This document shows positions 26,874 through 36,801 of a stretch of 64,000 bases of DNA, piece by piece. Source of the stretch: an uncultured Candidatus Saccharibacteria bacterium (lineage in GTDB: Bacteria; Patescibacteriota; Doudnabacteria; UBA920); assembly GCA_964473815.1 (NCBI GenBank), contig CAYYQK010000002.1:105128-169127 (forward strand). Direction: 5' to 3'. The translations under genes and the position numbers were made by a program. Numbering within the stretch: the stretch's first letter is position 1; each line of letters begins with the position of its first letter. The notes beneath the pieces are model-generated. The model was not told where the DNA came from and ran no database searches. It saw only the letters and a list, made by a program, of their open reading frames with translations.

Positions 26874-27613
26874 CGAGGCAAAATGTTTGGGTTAGTATGA
26901 GACAAAGACCATTTAACCGCAAAATTATGCCACGGAAAGAAAAATCATTTTTTGGAAAAATCATGGGAGGAGATGTTACAGATGTAGCAGTGGAAGAAGA
27001 GGAAAATACTGCTGAGTTTGAGGACGTAGAAGATGCTGAGGACGAGGAAGAAGATGAAGGACTTGTCGATGAAGAAGAATTAGAAGATGAAGATTTAGAT
27101 GAGTCTGATGACGGGGACTACGAGGATGATGAAGAGGAAGAAGTATCTGCTCCAATTCAAGCTCCTGTTCAGCAGCCAGCTGCAACTGCCCCAGTTGAGT
27201 ACGAAGATACTGAACCTGAGAATGTTGCAGTTGGAAGTTCCTCTGCCCCAAGCTCGCGCGACGAAGAATGGATGAACGATTACGAAGGCGCATTGAATAT
27301 CGACATGTATCAAACTAAAGACAACGTGATAATTAAATCGACCATTGCCGGAGTTCGTCCGGACGACATCGACATCACAGTTGCCAATGACATGGTAACA
27401 ATCAAAGGGGCGCGCACCCGCGAAGAAAAAATTGTGCAAGACGATTACTTCTACCAAGAATGTTACTGGGGAAGTTTCTCCCGTAGTGTGATTGTTCCAG
27501 TCGACATCGACAGTGAACACATCGAAGCAGATTTAAAAGATGGAATTCTGACTGTAATTATTCCAAAAGCCGCGAAAGCGAAAACCAAAAAAGTGAAAGT
27601 TAAAGGATTATAG
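26870..27613 (+). CDS. Hsp20/alpha-crystallin family small heat-shock protein with long poly-acidic N-terminal extension (start uncertain)
   Basis: C-terminal alpha-crystallin domain (DIDITVANDMVTIKG...ADLKDGILTVIIPK); N-terminal ~60-aa D/E run. Confidence 0.7.
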   Translation: MTRQNVWVSMRQRPFNRKIMPRKEKSFFGKIMGGDVTDVAVEEEENTAEFEDVEDAEDEEEDEGLVDEEELEDEDLDESDDGDYEDDEEEEVSAPIQAPVQQPAATAPVEYEDTEPENVAVGSSSAPSSRDEEWMNDYEGALNIDMYQTKDNVIIKSTIAGVRPDDIDITVANDMVTIKGARTREEKIVQDDYFYQECYWGSFSRSVIVPVDIDSEHIEADLKDGILTVIIPKAAKAKTKKVKVKGL

Positions 27614-27620
27614 TTGCTGA

Positions 27621-27656
27621 AAAAAAACGAGCCGGACAATCTGTCCGGCTTTTGTT
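27621..27656 (+). terminator. rho-independent terminator (gccggaca-at-ctgtccggc + TTTTG)
   Basis: 8-9-bp GC-rich stem then T-run after Hsp20 gene. Confidence 0.7.
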
Positions 27657-27675
27657 TGTAAGTATCTATCGTTTG

Positions 27676-28083
27676 CTAGGAAATTAACTTTAGTGAACCC
27701 CAAACTGAGTATGCGTTTGGATCGTCTATCTCACGACCGTATCTGTCGACTGCAACTGGGCAGAGTTCGACTTTATAGCCTTGAAGTTCGTAGTCCTGAA
27801 TTACCTTACCAGGTCTAGGGGTTCGTAACGACCGACTATTCGCCAGTACGTTAGTCAGGGGTTCATACCCTGCATTGTAAAGCAATGTTCGGCTTTTGGT
27901 GACGTGCGTCCTTTCGAAGATTGCGTTGTACTTCTGATCGTCGAAATGCATAAACATTCCGATGACCCCGACGATTTCGAAAAGGATTAACCCAATGCCA
28001 AGTAGGGTACTTACATAAATGGCCGTCGCGATGAAAAAAAGAGTTACGACCACAACAAGTCGAGTGTCGAGTTTATCTTTCAT
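27676..28083 (-). CDS. hypothetical membrane protein
   Basis: 135-aa ORF with two N-terminal TM helices. Confidence 0.4.
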   Translation of the reverse strand: MKDKLDTRLVVVVTLFFIATAIYVSTLLGIGLILFEIVGVIGMFMHFDDQKYNAIFERTHVTKSRTLLYNAGYEPLTNVLANSRSLRTPRPGKVIQDYELQGYKVELCPVAVDRYGREIDDPNAYSVWGSLKLIS

Positions 28084-28223
28084 AGCATTTCTCCTTGTGG
28101 TTTTTTCTTATCCCACATAATACGCCTAAATTAGACTTTTAGTCAATATTTGCTATGTACAAACAGCCCCAAAAATGGTATAATTTATAGGAAATAAGCT
28201 TTTAAACTAGTAAAACTAGATAA

Positions 28224-30452
28224 ATGGGTAGAAACAAAAAACGCACGAAAGACAAAGACGAGGAATCCAGCGGAATCATCAAATCTATTGGTAAACCAAA
28301 ATTAGATTTACACTCAGAAACAAAACGCGGCATTGCGGTCGTGGTGTTTTTGATTTTGGCCGGGATCACAGCACTGGCAATCATTGGTAGCGCTGGTGGT
28401 TTTGGAGCTGCCATTTTCAAAATTTTTGCAATGCTATTTGGTGTGTTGGCATACTTAATGCCAATTTTGTTTTTGTTGATTGCGTATTTGTTGTTCAAAG
28501 CAAAATCAGAAGAAGAAAATACTCACCCATACACTCGCACTTACTTGGGAATGTTTTTAACTGCAGGCAGCTTAGCGGGTTTAATCTCCTCTATGTATAT
28601 GACACCTGAGATGGGTGCAACTGCTTTGGCAAATGCCGGTCGCGCGGGTGGATACTTGGGCGCGTTGTTTGCCGGACCTGCTCTTAGTGCTTTTGGACTT
28701 TGGGCTGGTGACTTATTGTTAATTGGTTTGTTAGTCATTGGTGTTGTAATTGTTTTGAATTTATCACCATTGCTTTGGTTCAAAAAGAAAACCACAGAAG
28801 AAACTGTTGAAGGTGAAAGCAATGTAAAAATCAATTCGCTTACTGATGCAGTTATGAAAGCCGCGCAAGCTGATGAAGATAATGCAGATGACGATGTAGA
28901 GGAAGAAGTGCGCGCGCCGCTACAGCCAACAATCAACTTAACGCCATCTGGTCCAAGCAAAGCTGATGAAGCCATTGCAAAAATGGATTCTATTATTTTG
29001 GAAGATCGTCGCGACTGGAAGTTGCCCCCGTTTGATTTGTTAGATGACAACAAAACCGAAGTCGATTCTGGAAACATTGAAAGCAATGTGGCAATCATTC
29101 AAAAAACTTTGTCAGATTTCGGAATAGAAGTAGAAATGGGAGAAGTGAATGTGGGTCCTACTGTTACGCAATATACTTTGCGTCCAGCTACTGGAGTGAA
29201 GTTGTCACAAATCGCAGCTTTGCAAAATGACCTCGCACTCGCACTTGCAGCGCATGCGATTCGTATGGAATTGCCAATTCCAGGCAAGTCGCTTGTTGGT
29301 ATTGAAGTGCCGAACAAATCTACTGCTATTGTTCGTATCCGCGAAGTTATGCAAACCTCTGATTTCGTTAACTTTAAGAGCAAATTGGCTTTGGCTTTGG
29401 GTCGTGATGTAGCTGGTCGTCCTCAAATTGCTGACCTGGCTAAAATGCCACACATGTTAATTGCTGGTGCGACCGGAACTGGAAAATCTGTGGCCATCAA
29501 CAGTTTATTCGTTTCTCTATTATATAGAAACACTCCTCAGGACATTAAGTTCATTGTGGTTGACCCGAAGCGCGTGGAATTATCTATGTATAATGGCATC
29601 CCGCATCTTTTGACACCGGCGATTACCGAATCTGACAAGGCCGTAAATGCTTTAAAATGGGCTGTTGCCGAAATGGAACGTCGCTATCGTTTGCTGGCCG
29701 AAGCTGGTAACCGCAATATTGCTGACTACAACGCTGCAACCGAATTAAAGCTTCCTTACATTGTAATTATTGTTGATGAGTTAGCCGACCTTATGGCAGT
29801 TGCGCAGGCAGATGTGGAAGCCGCAATTGTGCGTCTCGCTCAAATGGCGCGCGCGGTTGGTATTCACTTAATTTTGGCTACGCAACGTCCAAGCGTAGAA
29901 GTTATTACCGGATTGATTAAAGCGAACATTACATCGCGTGCTGCCTTTGCTGTTGCATCACAAGTTGACTCGCGTACTATTTTAGATTCAAGTGGCGCAG
30001 AAAAGTTACTTGGAAATGGTGACATGTTGTTTGTGTCTGCTGAGTTTAATCGACCACGCCGCGTGCAAGGTGCGTATGTGGGTGAAGCCGAAGTTCGGAA
30101 AGTTGTTGACTTCTTCAAGAATCAGGCTGGCGCTGTAATCTACAACGAAGAGATTACGGAAAAACCAAAACGCGGTTTGGGAATTCCAGGTATGGGTGGT
30201 GGCAGTGATGACGGTAATGATGAGGATGATTTGTATGATGCAGCAAAAGAAGAAGTGATGCGCGCTGGTAAGGCCAGTGCAAGTTTGTTGCAACGTCGCC
30301 TACGCATTGGTTATGCGCGCGCTGCACGTTTGCTCGATATTCTAGAAGACAAGGGAATTATCGGTCCGGGTGATGGTGCCAAGCCTCGGGAAGTGTACGG
30401 AATATCGAATGCGGAAAAAGAAGAATACGGTAGCGAAGAAAACGAGCTTTAA
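28224..30452 (+). CDS. ftsK: DNA translocase FtsK/SpoIIIE
   Basis: N-terminal TM segments, Walker A GATGTGKS, Walker B VVDELAD, C-terminal gamma wHTH domain. Confidence 0.95.
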   Translation: MGRNKKRTKDKDEESSGIIKSIGKPKLDLHSETKRGIAVVVFLILAGITALAIIGSAGGFGAAIFKIFAMLFGVLAYLMPILFLLIAYLLFKAKSEEENTHPYTRTYLGMFLTAGSLAGLISSMYMTPEMGATALANAGRAGGYLGALFAGPALSAFGLWAGDLLLIGLLVIGVVIVLNLSPLLWFKKKTTEETVEGESNVKINSLTDAVMKAAQADEDNADDDVEEEVRAPLQPTINLTPSGPSKADEAIAKMDSIILEDRRDWKLPPFDLLDDNKTEVDSGNIESNVAIIQKTLSDFGIEVEMGEVNVGPTVTQYTLRPATGVKLSQIAALQNDLALALAAHAIRMELPIPGKSLVGIEVPNKSTAIVRIREVMQTSDFVNFKSKLALALGRDVAGRPQIADLAKMPHMLIAGATGTGKSVAINSLFVSLLYRNTPQDIKFIVVDPKRVELSMYNGIPHLLTPAITESDKAVNALKWAVAEMERRYRLLAEAGNRNIADYNAATELKLPYIVIIVDELADLMAVAQADVEAAIVRLAQMARAVGIHLILATQRPSVEVITGLIKANITSRAAFAVASQVDSRTILDSSGAEKLLGNGDMLFVSAEFNRPRRVQGAYVGEAEVRKVVDFFKNQAGAVIYNEEITEKPKRGLGIPGMGGGSDDGNDEDDLYDAAKEEVMRAGKASASLLQRRLRIGYARAARLLDILEDKGIIGPGDGAKPREVYGISNAEKEEYGSEENEL

Positions 30453-30477
30453 ATCTAAATAAAATTCCGGAAAATCT

Positions 30478-30500
30478 AAAGCGCCGCAAGGCGCTTTTTG
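30478..30500 (+). terminator. rho-independent terminator (agcgcc-gcaa-ggcgct + TTTTTG)
   Basis: after ftsK stop. Confidence 0.65.
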
Positions 30501-30513
30501 CTATCATATAAAT

Positions 30514-31173
30514 ATGGAAAATATAAAGTGGATATTCTTTGATATGGGAGGTGTGCTTTTGGACGACACCGTGCCTGAAAGCAAAAGACAAAATTTTGCA
30601 TTGGAAGTCGCAAAGAAATACATGCCCGAAACTACTATGGCAGAGGTAAAACAGGCTTGGTTGGATGCATCAGGTATACCAGGAAGTATGCGCATGGTTG
30701 CGATGCGAGAACTTTGTAAAAATCTACCCAACATCGAAGAAGTTGTTCACGAGTATGACAAAATTTGTCAGGTAGATTATTACGGACTTTCTAAGATTAG
30801 ACCAGAAGCAAAAAAAGTTTTAGCAGAACTTAGTAAAAAATATAATATTGGCTTGATGGCAAATCAGGGACCGCAAGCTATTGACCATTTAGTAGATGCT
30901 GGTATATTAGAATATTTTTCTCACCAGAAAATGTCTCATCATGTTGGCTTGGCAAAACCTGACCCAGAATTTTACAGAGCTATCTTTGCAGACACCGGAT
31001 CGAAACCCGAAGAGAGTGTTAATATAGATGACAATTGGTTTCGTGGGTGTGTTCCAGGCAAGAAACTTGGTATGAAAACAATTTTGTTTAAAGGACCAAC
31101 TGTGCCTTTTCCTGAAGACGCAAACCCAGACTTTGCTATCAGTCGCCTCGATGAATTACTCGAGATATTTTAA
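30514..31173 (+). CDS. HAD-superfamily hydrolase
   Basis: motif I FFDMGGVLLDD (DxG), C-terminal NIDD motif. Confidence 0.7.
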   Translation: MENIKWIFFDMGGVLLDDTVPESKRQNFALEVAKKYMPETTMAEVKQAWLDASGIPGSMRMVAMRELCKNLPNIEEVVHEYDKICQVDYYGLSKIRPEAKKVLAELSKKYNIGLMANQGPQAIDHLVDAGILEYFSHQKMSHHVGLAKPDPEFYRAIFADTGSKPEESVNIDDNWFRGCVPGKKLGMKTILFKGPTVPFPEDANPDFAISRLDELLEIF

Positions 31174-31254
31174 AAGCGCTATCACGCGCTTTTAAATTTT
31201 CTTTCACATTTTTTATGCTTTTTTAGCATCCCGAAATGTGGTAAAATACACAGT

Positions 31255-32436
31255 ATGCCGATTGAATTTGAAACAAAAAAACTTGAAATGGAAACTCTGG
31301 GGGAGTACTTGTTGGCTGTCCGCAATGAACTTGGCTTAACTCTCGAAGAAGTATCACAAAAAACAGGGGTTTACGAGAAATTCATCCATTATATAGAGTC
31401 GGGCAAATACCATCTATTACCGCCGGGCGTCTATGTTTTGGGTTTTTTAAAGAAATTAGCCGAAGTTTACCATATCTCTGCTGATCAGCTGTTGGCGCAA
31501 TACCGTAAAGAGCTTGGAATTGTTGAACATGCGGCTTCTGAACGCTTGGCTGAACGGAAAACCTGGAAGGCTCGCTGGAGCCGGGTTACTATCACCCCGA
31601 AACTTATTACCATTACTGCCAGCTCAGTTGTTGGCGTGTTTGCTTTCTTCTATATAGTGTTCCAGGTGTTTGCGATCAACAAAACTCCCGCACTGACAAT
31701 TACTGAACCAAAAAATGATGCCGTAATTTCTGGAAGCTCTATTAATGTAGCTGGGAAAACCGAACCAGGAATTGTTGTGAGTATTAACGGACAAAATGTT
31801 TTTGTAGATCAGAATGGTGATTTTCATGCCACCATTGGTGTAGCTCCAGGACAAAAAGAATTACGCATTGATGCGGCAAACAAATTTGGTAAACATGCTG
31901 AACAAGTTCTCGCTCTTCGAGTTGATGATGATCCTAACGCTGCTAAAGTTGCTGGTGCAGAAACTAACATTCCTTCAGAATTAGATTTGCAACTCACCTT
32001 CACTAAAGAAACGAAAATTGAATTAGAACGTGATGGTCAACAAATGTCAGCAGAAATAATTCCTGCTGGAGCAGTAAAAGATATCAATGCTCAAGATAAA
32101 ATTACTGTCACCACCTATGATGCTGGAAACACCAAAGCAACTTTGAATGGGAAAGTAATTGGTTTCCTTGGTAAGCCTGGTGAAAAAATTTCTGTACCGT
32201 TTACAAAAGATGCTGCTAGTTTGTTGAGTCAGCAACCAGTTATTCCTGAACCAACTCCTGCTCCGGCGCCAAAGCCTACCGCAAAAACTACAACGAAGAA
32301 AACCAGTACCACCACAAAGACGACAAATACTAATACAAACAGCAACACCAATACTGCGACCCCTGCTCCTGCACAGACCGACTACCAACAGCCTTCGACT
32401 CCGGCCTCAGAAGCTGATAAACAAAACGGATTATAA
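31255..32436 (+). CDS. XRE-HTH + TM + Ig-like domain protein (RodZ-like architecture), Pro/Thr-rich C-terminus
   Basis: N-terminal HTH (LGEYLLAVRNELGLTLEEVSQKTGV), single TM, extracytoplasmic beta-rich domain. Confidence 0.5.
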   Translation: MPIEFETKKLEMETLGEYLLAVRNELGLTLEEVSQKTGVYEKFIHYIESGKYHLLPPGVYVLGFLKKLAEVYHISADQLLAQYRKELGIVEHAASERLAERKTWKARWSRVTITPKLITITASSVVGVFAFFYIVFQVFAINKTPALTITEPKNDAVISGSSINVAGKTEPGIVVSINGQNVFVDQNGDFHATIGVAPGQKELRIDAANKFGKHAEQVLALRVDDDPNAAKVAGAETNIPSELDLQLTFTKETKIELERDGQQMSAEIIPAGAVKDINAQDKITVTTYDAGNTKATLNGKVIGFLGKPGEKISVPFTKDAASLLSQQPVIPEPTPAPAPKPTAKTTTKKTSTTTKTTNTNTNSNTNTATPAPAQTDYQQPSTPASEADKQNGL

Positions 32437-32538
32437 ATTCAGTAAATCTTTAAAAAAAGTTTATCAAAACTTTACAATAACTTTACGTGGAATTGAACTG
32501 CCCTCTGTTATGATGGCAATGTAATTAAGAACATACAT

Positions 32539-33636
32539 ATGGCAAAAGCAAAAAAGACATCAGCAGCAAAGGCTGCAACAAGCACTGACTCTAAAGCTGG
32601 CAAGTGGGGAGCAGTTGAAAACGCGATGGATCAAATCCGCGACAAGTTTGGTGATGGCAGTATCATGAAAATTTCTGATACTCAGAAGCTAAACGTCGAA
32701 GCAATTCCAACTGGTAGTATTAGCTTGGATATGGCTTTGGGAGTAGGCGGTGTGCCAAAGGGCCGCATTGTTGAAGTTTACGGTCCGGAAAGTTCTGGTA
32801 AAACAACTTTAACTTTGCACATGATTGCTGAAGTACAAAAGCGCGGTGGTTTAGCTGCGTTCATCGATGCCGAACACGCGCTCGACCCGGAATATGCAAA
32901 ACGCATTGGTGTAAATCTGGAAGACTTACTAATTTCGCAGCCAGACAGTGGTGAACAGGCCTTAGATATTACCGAAACTTTAGTTCGAAGTAATGCGTTA
33001 GATTTAATTGTTGTTGACTCTGTTGCCGCCCTAACACCACGCGCGGAAATCGAAGGTGAGATGGGACAATCGCACATGGGATTGCAAGCAAGACTTATGT
33101 CGCAAGCCTTGCGTAAGTTAACTGGAATTATTGCGAAGTCGAATACAACTGTTGTGTTCATCAACCAGATTCGCATGAAGATTGGTGTGATGTTTGGTAA
33201 CCCAGAAACCACTACTGGCGGAAACGCGTTGAAGTTTTATGCAAGTGTTCGTGTTGAGATTCGCCGTACCGCGCAAATTAAAAATGGCGATAAAATTATT
33301 GGTAACCGAACGAAGGCTAAAGTTGTAAAGAATAAAGTGGCACCGCCGTTTAAAGTTGCTGAATTTGATATTATGTACAACGAAGGAATTTCTGCTGCGG
33401 GTGATGTGCTCGACACTGGAATTCTAACCGGCGTTATAAATAAAAGTGGTAACTCATATTCATTTGAAGATATTAAACTTGGTGTCGGCCGCGAAACTGC
33501 CAAAACATTCCTAAAAGAAAATAAAGATATTTTTGCTAAAGTGGATAAAGCATTGCGTGAAAAACTGAGTTCTGGTGAACCACTAATGAATAAAGAAATG
33601 GAAGATCTTGGTTCAGACGAAGAAGACGAAGATTAA
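32539..33636 (+). CDS. recA: recombinase RecA
   Basis: GPESSGKTT Walker [11 protein letters not shown]1/L2 loop motifs; full-length. Confidence 0.97.
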   Translation: MAKAKKTSAAKAATSTDSKAGKWGAVENAMDQIRDKFGDGSIMKISDTQKLNVEAIPTGSISLDMALGVGGVPKGRIVEVYGPESSGKTTLTLHMIAEVQKRGGLAAFIDAEHALDPEYAKRIGVNLEDLLISQPDSGEQALDITETLVRSNALDLIVVDSVAALTPRAEIEGEMGQSHMGLQARLMSQALRKLTGIIAKSNTTVVFINQIRMKIGVMFGNPETTTGGNALKFYASVRVEIRRTAQIKNGDKIIGNRTKAKVVKNKVAPPFKVAEFDIMYNEGISAAGDVLDTGILTGVINKSGNSYSFEDIKLGVGRETAKTFLKENKDIFAKVDKALREKLSSGEPLMNKEMEDLGSDEEDED

Positions 33637-33649
33637 TCTATATATAGTA

Positions 33650-33690
33650 GAGCCCGTGGTTGCGATCGCGCCACGGGCTTTTTCTTTTGT
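33650..33690 (+). terminator. rho-independent terminator (agcccgtgg-ttgcgatcgcg-ccacgggct + T-run)
   Basis: 9-bp perfect stem then TTTTCTTTTG immediately after recA. Confidence 0.75.
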
Positions 33691-33709
33691 AATCATTTAT
33701 ACTATATAT

Positions 33710-35911
33710 ATGGTTGATAATAGAAGATATTGTAGTGTTGACCTGGAATTTACGGGTTTTGACCCGGCAATCGACCAAATCTTGGAAATAGGATTTGCGT
33801 TTTTTGAATTGGGGCCAGATGGTTTTGTTGTGACAGAGGAATGGTCGCAAGTTTTTAAGCCAAGCATAGAAGTGCACCCAAAGATTTTGGGTTTAACTGG
33901 TATCACACAAGAAGAGTTAGATAACGCGCCAGAGTTTAACGAGCACCGTGAAGTGTTGCAAGAGAAATTAGGTGATGCAATTATCGTGGGTCATAACCCA
34001 ACCATGGACGTGAAGTTTTTAGAAAGTTACGGAATTAAGTTGTCTGGTCAGATTGTAGACACGCTTGAATTAGTGCAATTTATTTTACCAACCCATCATA
34101 GTTACAACTTGGAAAACTTGGTGCATTACTTTGGCGTGAAGCATCATAAAGCGCATCGTGCGTTGGGCGATGCTCTTTCTACGATTCAGGTTTTGGAAAA
34201 TCTAATTCGTGTTTATCAAAAGTTTCCAGAAAAGTTGCAAAGTGAATTGCAAGAAGTAATTAATCGTAGTGAGTTTTTGTGGCAGAAATTAGTAGATGCA
34301 AAACTACCGGAGAAACAATTAGAACAAAACGATTCCTTAGCTCATAACAATGCACGTCAAAAATTACAGCCATTTAATATTAATAACGAGTTAATTATTA
34401 TTGATGACGATGGCAATGATCATGAAGCACGAGTTGCACTAGGTTTGAAGAAAAGCAATACACCAAGTGTGTTAGCAGTAAGCGATAGCATAACTGCAAT
34501 GCGTTTATGGCGTGCTGGTTTTGCTCACGGAATATTTTTAAGCGAAGATACTTTTTCGGAAGTAGCGTTTAAAAAGTTTTTAGAACGAGCACAAACTCAA
34601 GAAGAGTTACGATTCTGTTTAAAGATAATTGTTTGGCTTCATACCAATTGGCAAACAGAAGTTGTGTTTGATTTAAACATTTCTTTCTTTGGCGGACAGT
34701 TTAGACAATTTATTGTTGGCGGGAAAGCACGAACTACAAATGAGAATGTAATCGTTTTAGATTATGTTACTTTGCAATCACTTGCACTCACCGGAAAGTT
34801 TAAAGATCGCAAACTAGTCATCTGCGACATTTTAAATTTTGAAAAATATATAAGTTCGGGTTTTGGAACAAGACTGGCATGGGGCCAAGTGTTGTATGCT
34901 TTGCGTTTAGTTTACAATCCTGAAACAGAATTTGGTATTTTAGAATTAAAAGATAAAGTCATCGATGCATTGGTTGCAACAGATTTATTTTTTGGTTTAG
35001 TGTTCATGCTAACGCATCAATCTTTACCTAACAATCAATATGCTAATTTACATGACTTAGCTAATAATCATTCCCAGGTTTATTCTCGATTGTCACAGGC
35101 TGCTACAAACCTTAAAGATAAGCTTGTCGACATAGCTGATCATACCAAGTCGGGTGAGCTAGGGCGAGTGGTGAATTTCTTAACGGATTTCTTCGAGGAG
35201 AACCCCGGACATGTAAAGTGGATTACTATCGATGAATATAACTCAACCTTTCATGACCAGCCTATAGATATATCAGAAAGCGTGACAGATATAACCTCTC
35301 ACTTCGCTCAACTACAATTTACTGAGAGCATCACTGACAAGGCTTTACTTTCTTATCTTGTTGATCGTCTCGGGTTACATAATGAAGAATCCGAGATTAC
35401 CAATAAAACATTACCAAAGAACCTGCATATTGAGGTTGTTAATTCAGAGCCATCAGATGAAGAGTTGTTTAATTTAAGTGCAAACTCCGCGCTGCCATTA
35501 GTAATGGTGATGCAGCAACCATCAAATGTAAAAGAATTTTATAACGCGCATTACTCTGAAATAAAGAAAACCGCTAGTCTTTTTGCACAAGGATATTCCG
35601 GAGGCGGTAATAAGATGTTCCGCAACTTCTCTATTAGAGAAAATAGTATTCTTTTAGTCACTGCAGACTTCATGGCAAAGCAAAACTATTTAATTACCGC
35701 AAAAAATTTGGTATTTATAGGTTTGCCCAACATAGAAACTCAACATCCTTACACTGCAGCATTGCTTCAGCACTGGAAAAAACAACACCCACACTTAGAA
35801 GAAGTTATGCAGTTACAAAAAATGGTTGGTGCACTAAAAAAATTAAAATTAGATGGCCAAACTAACGTACAAATTTATACAAACGACAAAAATTTTTCCT
35901 TTTGGGGATAA
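33710..35911 (+). CDS. DEDDh 3'-5' exonuclease (DnaQ-like) domain protein with ~550-aa uncharacterised C-terminal region
   Basis: Exo I SVDLEFTG, Exo II IIVGHNPTMDVKFL, Exo III HKAHRALGDA; no Walker A seen in C-terminal part; start set after recA terminator. Confidence 0.65.
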   Translation: MVDNRRYCSVDLEFTGFDPAIDQILEIGFAFFELGPDGFVVTEEWSQVFKPSIEVHPKILGLTGITQEELDNAPEFNEHREVLQEKLGDAIIVGHNPTMDVKFLESYGIKLSGQIVDTLELVQFILPTHHSYNLENLVHYFGVKHHKAHRALGDALSTIQVLENLIRVYQKFPEKLQSELQEVINRSEFLWQKLVDAKLPEKQLEQNDSLAHNNARQKLQPFNINNELIIIDDDGNDHEARVALGLKKSNTPSVLAVSDSITAMRLWRAGFAHGIFLSEDTFSEVAFKKFLERAQTQEELRFCLKIIVWLHTNWQTEVVFDLNISFFGGQFRQFIVGGKARTTNENVIVLDYVTLQSLALTGKFKDRKLVICDILNFEKYISSGFGTRLAWGQVLYALRLVYNPETEFGILELKDKVIDALVATDLFFGLVFMLTHQSLPNNQYANLHDLANNHSQVYSRLSQAATNLKDKLVDIADHTKSGELGRVVNFLTDFFEENPGHVKWITIDEYNSTFHDQPIDISESVTDITSHFAQLQFTESITDKALLSYLVDRLGLHNEESEITNKTLPKNLHIEVVNSEPSDEELFNLSANSALPLVMVMQQPSNVKEFYNAHYSEIKKTASLFAQGYSGGGNKMFRNFSIRENSILLVTADFMAKQNYLITAKNLVFIGLPNIETQHPYTAALLQHWKKQHPHLEEVMQLQKMVGALKKLKLDGQTNVQIYTNDKNFSFWG

Positions 35912-35917
35912 CACCCG

Positions 35918-35946
35918 TTGACAAAGTGAAAAAATTATGATAAGAT
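35918..35946 (+). promoter_or_regulatory. sigma70-like promoter TTGACA-17-TAAGAT
   Basis: consensus -35 and good -10 with 17-bp spacer at the start of an ORF-free 560-bp region. Confidence 0.55.
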
Positions 35947-35952
35947 ACTTTT

Positions 35953-36425
35953 GTAACGTAAATTGCTCCTTGAAATAAAAATATAAAAAGCAAACTGAAC
36001 TAAGGAAATCTGCGCTTGAGGATCTAGAGCTTCATTTGAGCGTAGGCTTCCTTCTTACTCTTCGTCATAGTCTGTCCTAATTCAGACTGTTTGAAAAACA
36101 AAAATAAAATGTAGGTTCTCCTCTCCTTATAAGAGGCAAAAATTTTTCTAAAACAAAAACAAAACTAAAAGAACAAAAAGTTTAGGTCTAGCGACCACAA
36201 GAGGAGTTTGAAGTGCAGTTTGCAATTAATTAGGGTGTAGACATTCTTCTACCATCGTGGGTGGAAGTAAGGCTTAATCGCATAAGTATTGTCTAGTGCA
36301 GTAGGTCTAGGTTCTCAAAGGTTGGGAACCTGCAGCTACTGCGCTGAGCAGTCAAGCAATTGAGCTCAGCGCCACAACCGGCTCGTTCATTTATAATTTA
36401 GGGGCCCGTGTTGGGGCGCTTTTTA
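35953..36425 (+). ncRNA. candidate non-coding RNA of unknown class (ORF-free, promoter-driven, multiple hairpins, ends at ggggcgcTTTTT)
   Basis: no ORF of 60 aa or more on either strand across ~560 bp in an otherwise gene-dense region; strong promoter; 9-bp perfect hairpin gcgctgagc...gctcagcgc; terminator-like 3' end. Confidence 0.3.
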
Positions 36426-36477
36426 ATTTGTAAATTTTTCTCTATAATATAGACAAGATAAAATAAAGTTTAAAAAT

Positions 36478-36783
36478 ATGCCGTCACAAGAATTTATTGA
36501 TGAAATGCGCGAGAAGCTTCTTTCTGAAAAAGAACGTTTAAGTGCAGAACTTTCCGAATCACCGGAACATACTGAATTGGGAAGTGATTATGATGATCAA
36601 GCGCAAGAAGTTGAACTCGATGATGTAAGCGCAGGTTTGCATAAGCGCGTTGAATCAGATTTAGAAAAAATTGAGAAAGCTTTAGCGAAGATTGAAGCGG
36701 GCACTTATGGCACAGATGATGATGGAAATGAAATTTCCGAAGAACGTTTGCGCGCAATCCCTTGGGCAGATCAAGCAATTTAA
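36478..36783 (+). CDS. DksA/TraR-like protein lacking the C4 zinc finger
   Basis: coiled-coil N-terminus and C-terminal region resembling DksA family, no Cys residues. Confidence 0.45.
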   Translation: MPSQEFIDEMREKLLSEKERLSAELSESPEHTELGSDYDDQAQEVELDDVSAGLHKRVESDLEKIEKALAKIEAGTYGTDDDGNEISEERLRAIPWADQAI

Positions 36784-36801
36784 TTTTAGCAACTGAATTG
36801 C

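Noticed and set aside
26976-27520. ORFs 26976..27293 and 27095..27520 opposite the Hsp20 gene
   Set aside because: Their Leu/His/Gln-rich translations are the antisense reading of the poly-acidic GAA/GAT-rich tract and are spurious.
32778-33503. Antisense ORFs inside recA (32778..33212, 33237..33503)
   Set aside because: They are embedded opposite a canonical RecA CDS and have no independent signals.
33608-33709. ORF-track start of the exonuclease gene overlapping the recA 3' end
   Set aside because: A strong rho-independent terminator (33650-33690) lies between recA and the first conserved exonuclease residues. The start was moved to the ATG at 33710.
35953-36425. Assignment of the promoter-driven ORF-free region as tmRNA or RNase P RNA
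   Set aside because: There is no tRNA-like 5'/3' acceptor pairing, no GGTTCGAATCC T-loop, no CCA end, and no plausible tag-peptide frame ending in a stop, so tmRNA is ruled out. Segments resemble RNase P P4 and J11/12 consensus, but the obligatory CCGG-containing P4 pairing cannot be formed. It is left as ncRNA of unknown class.
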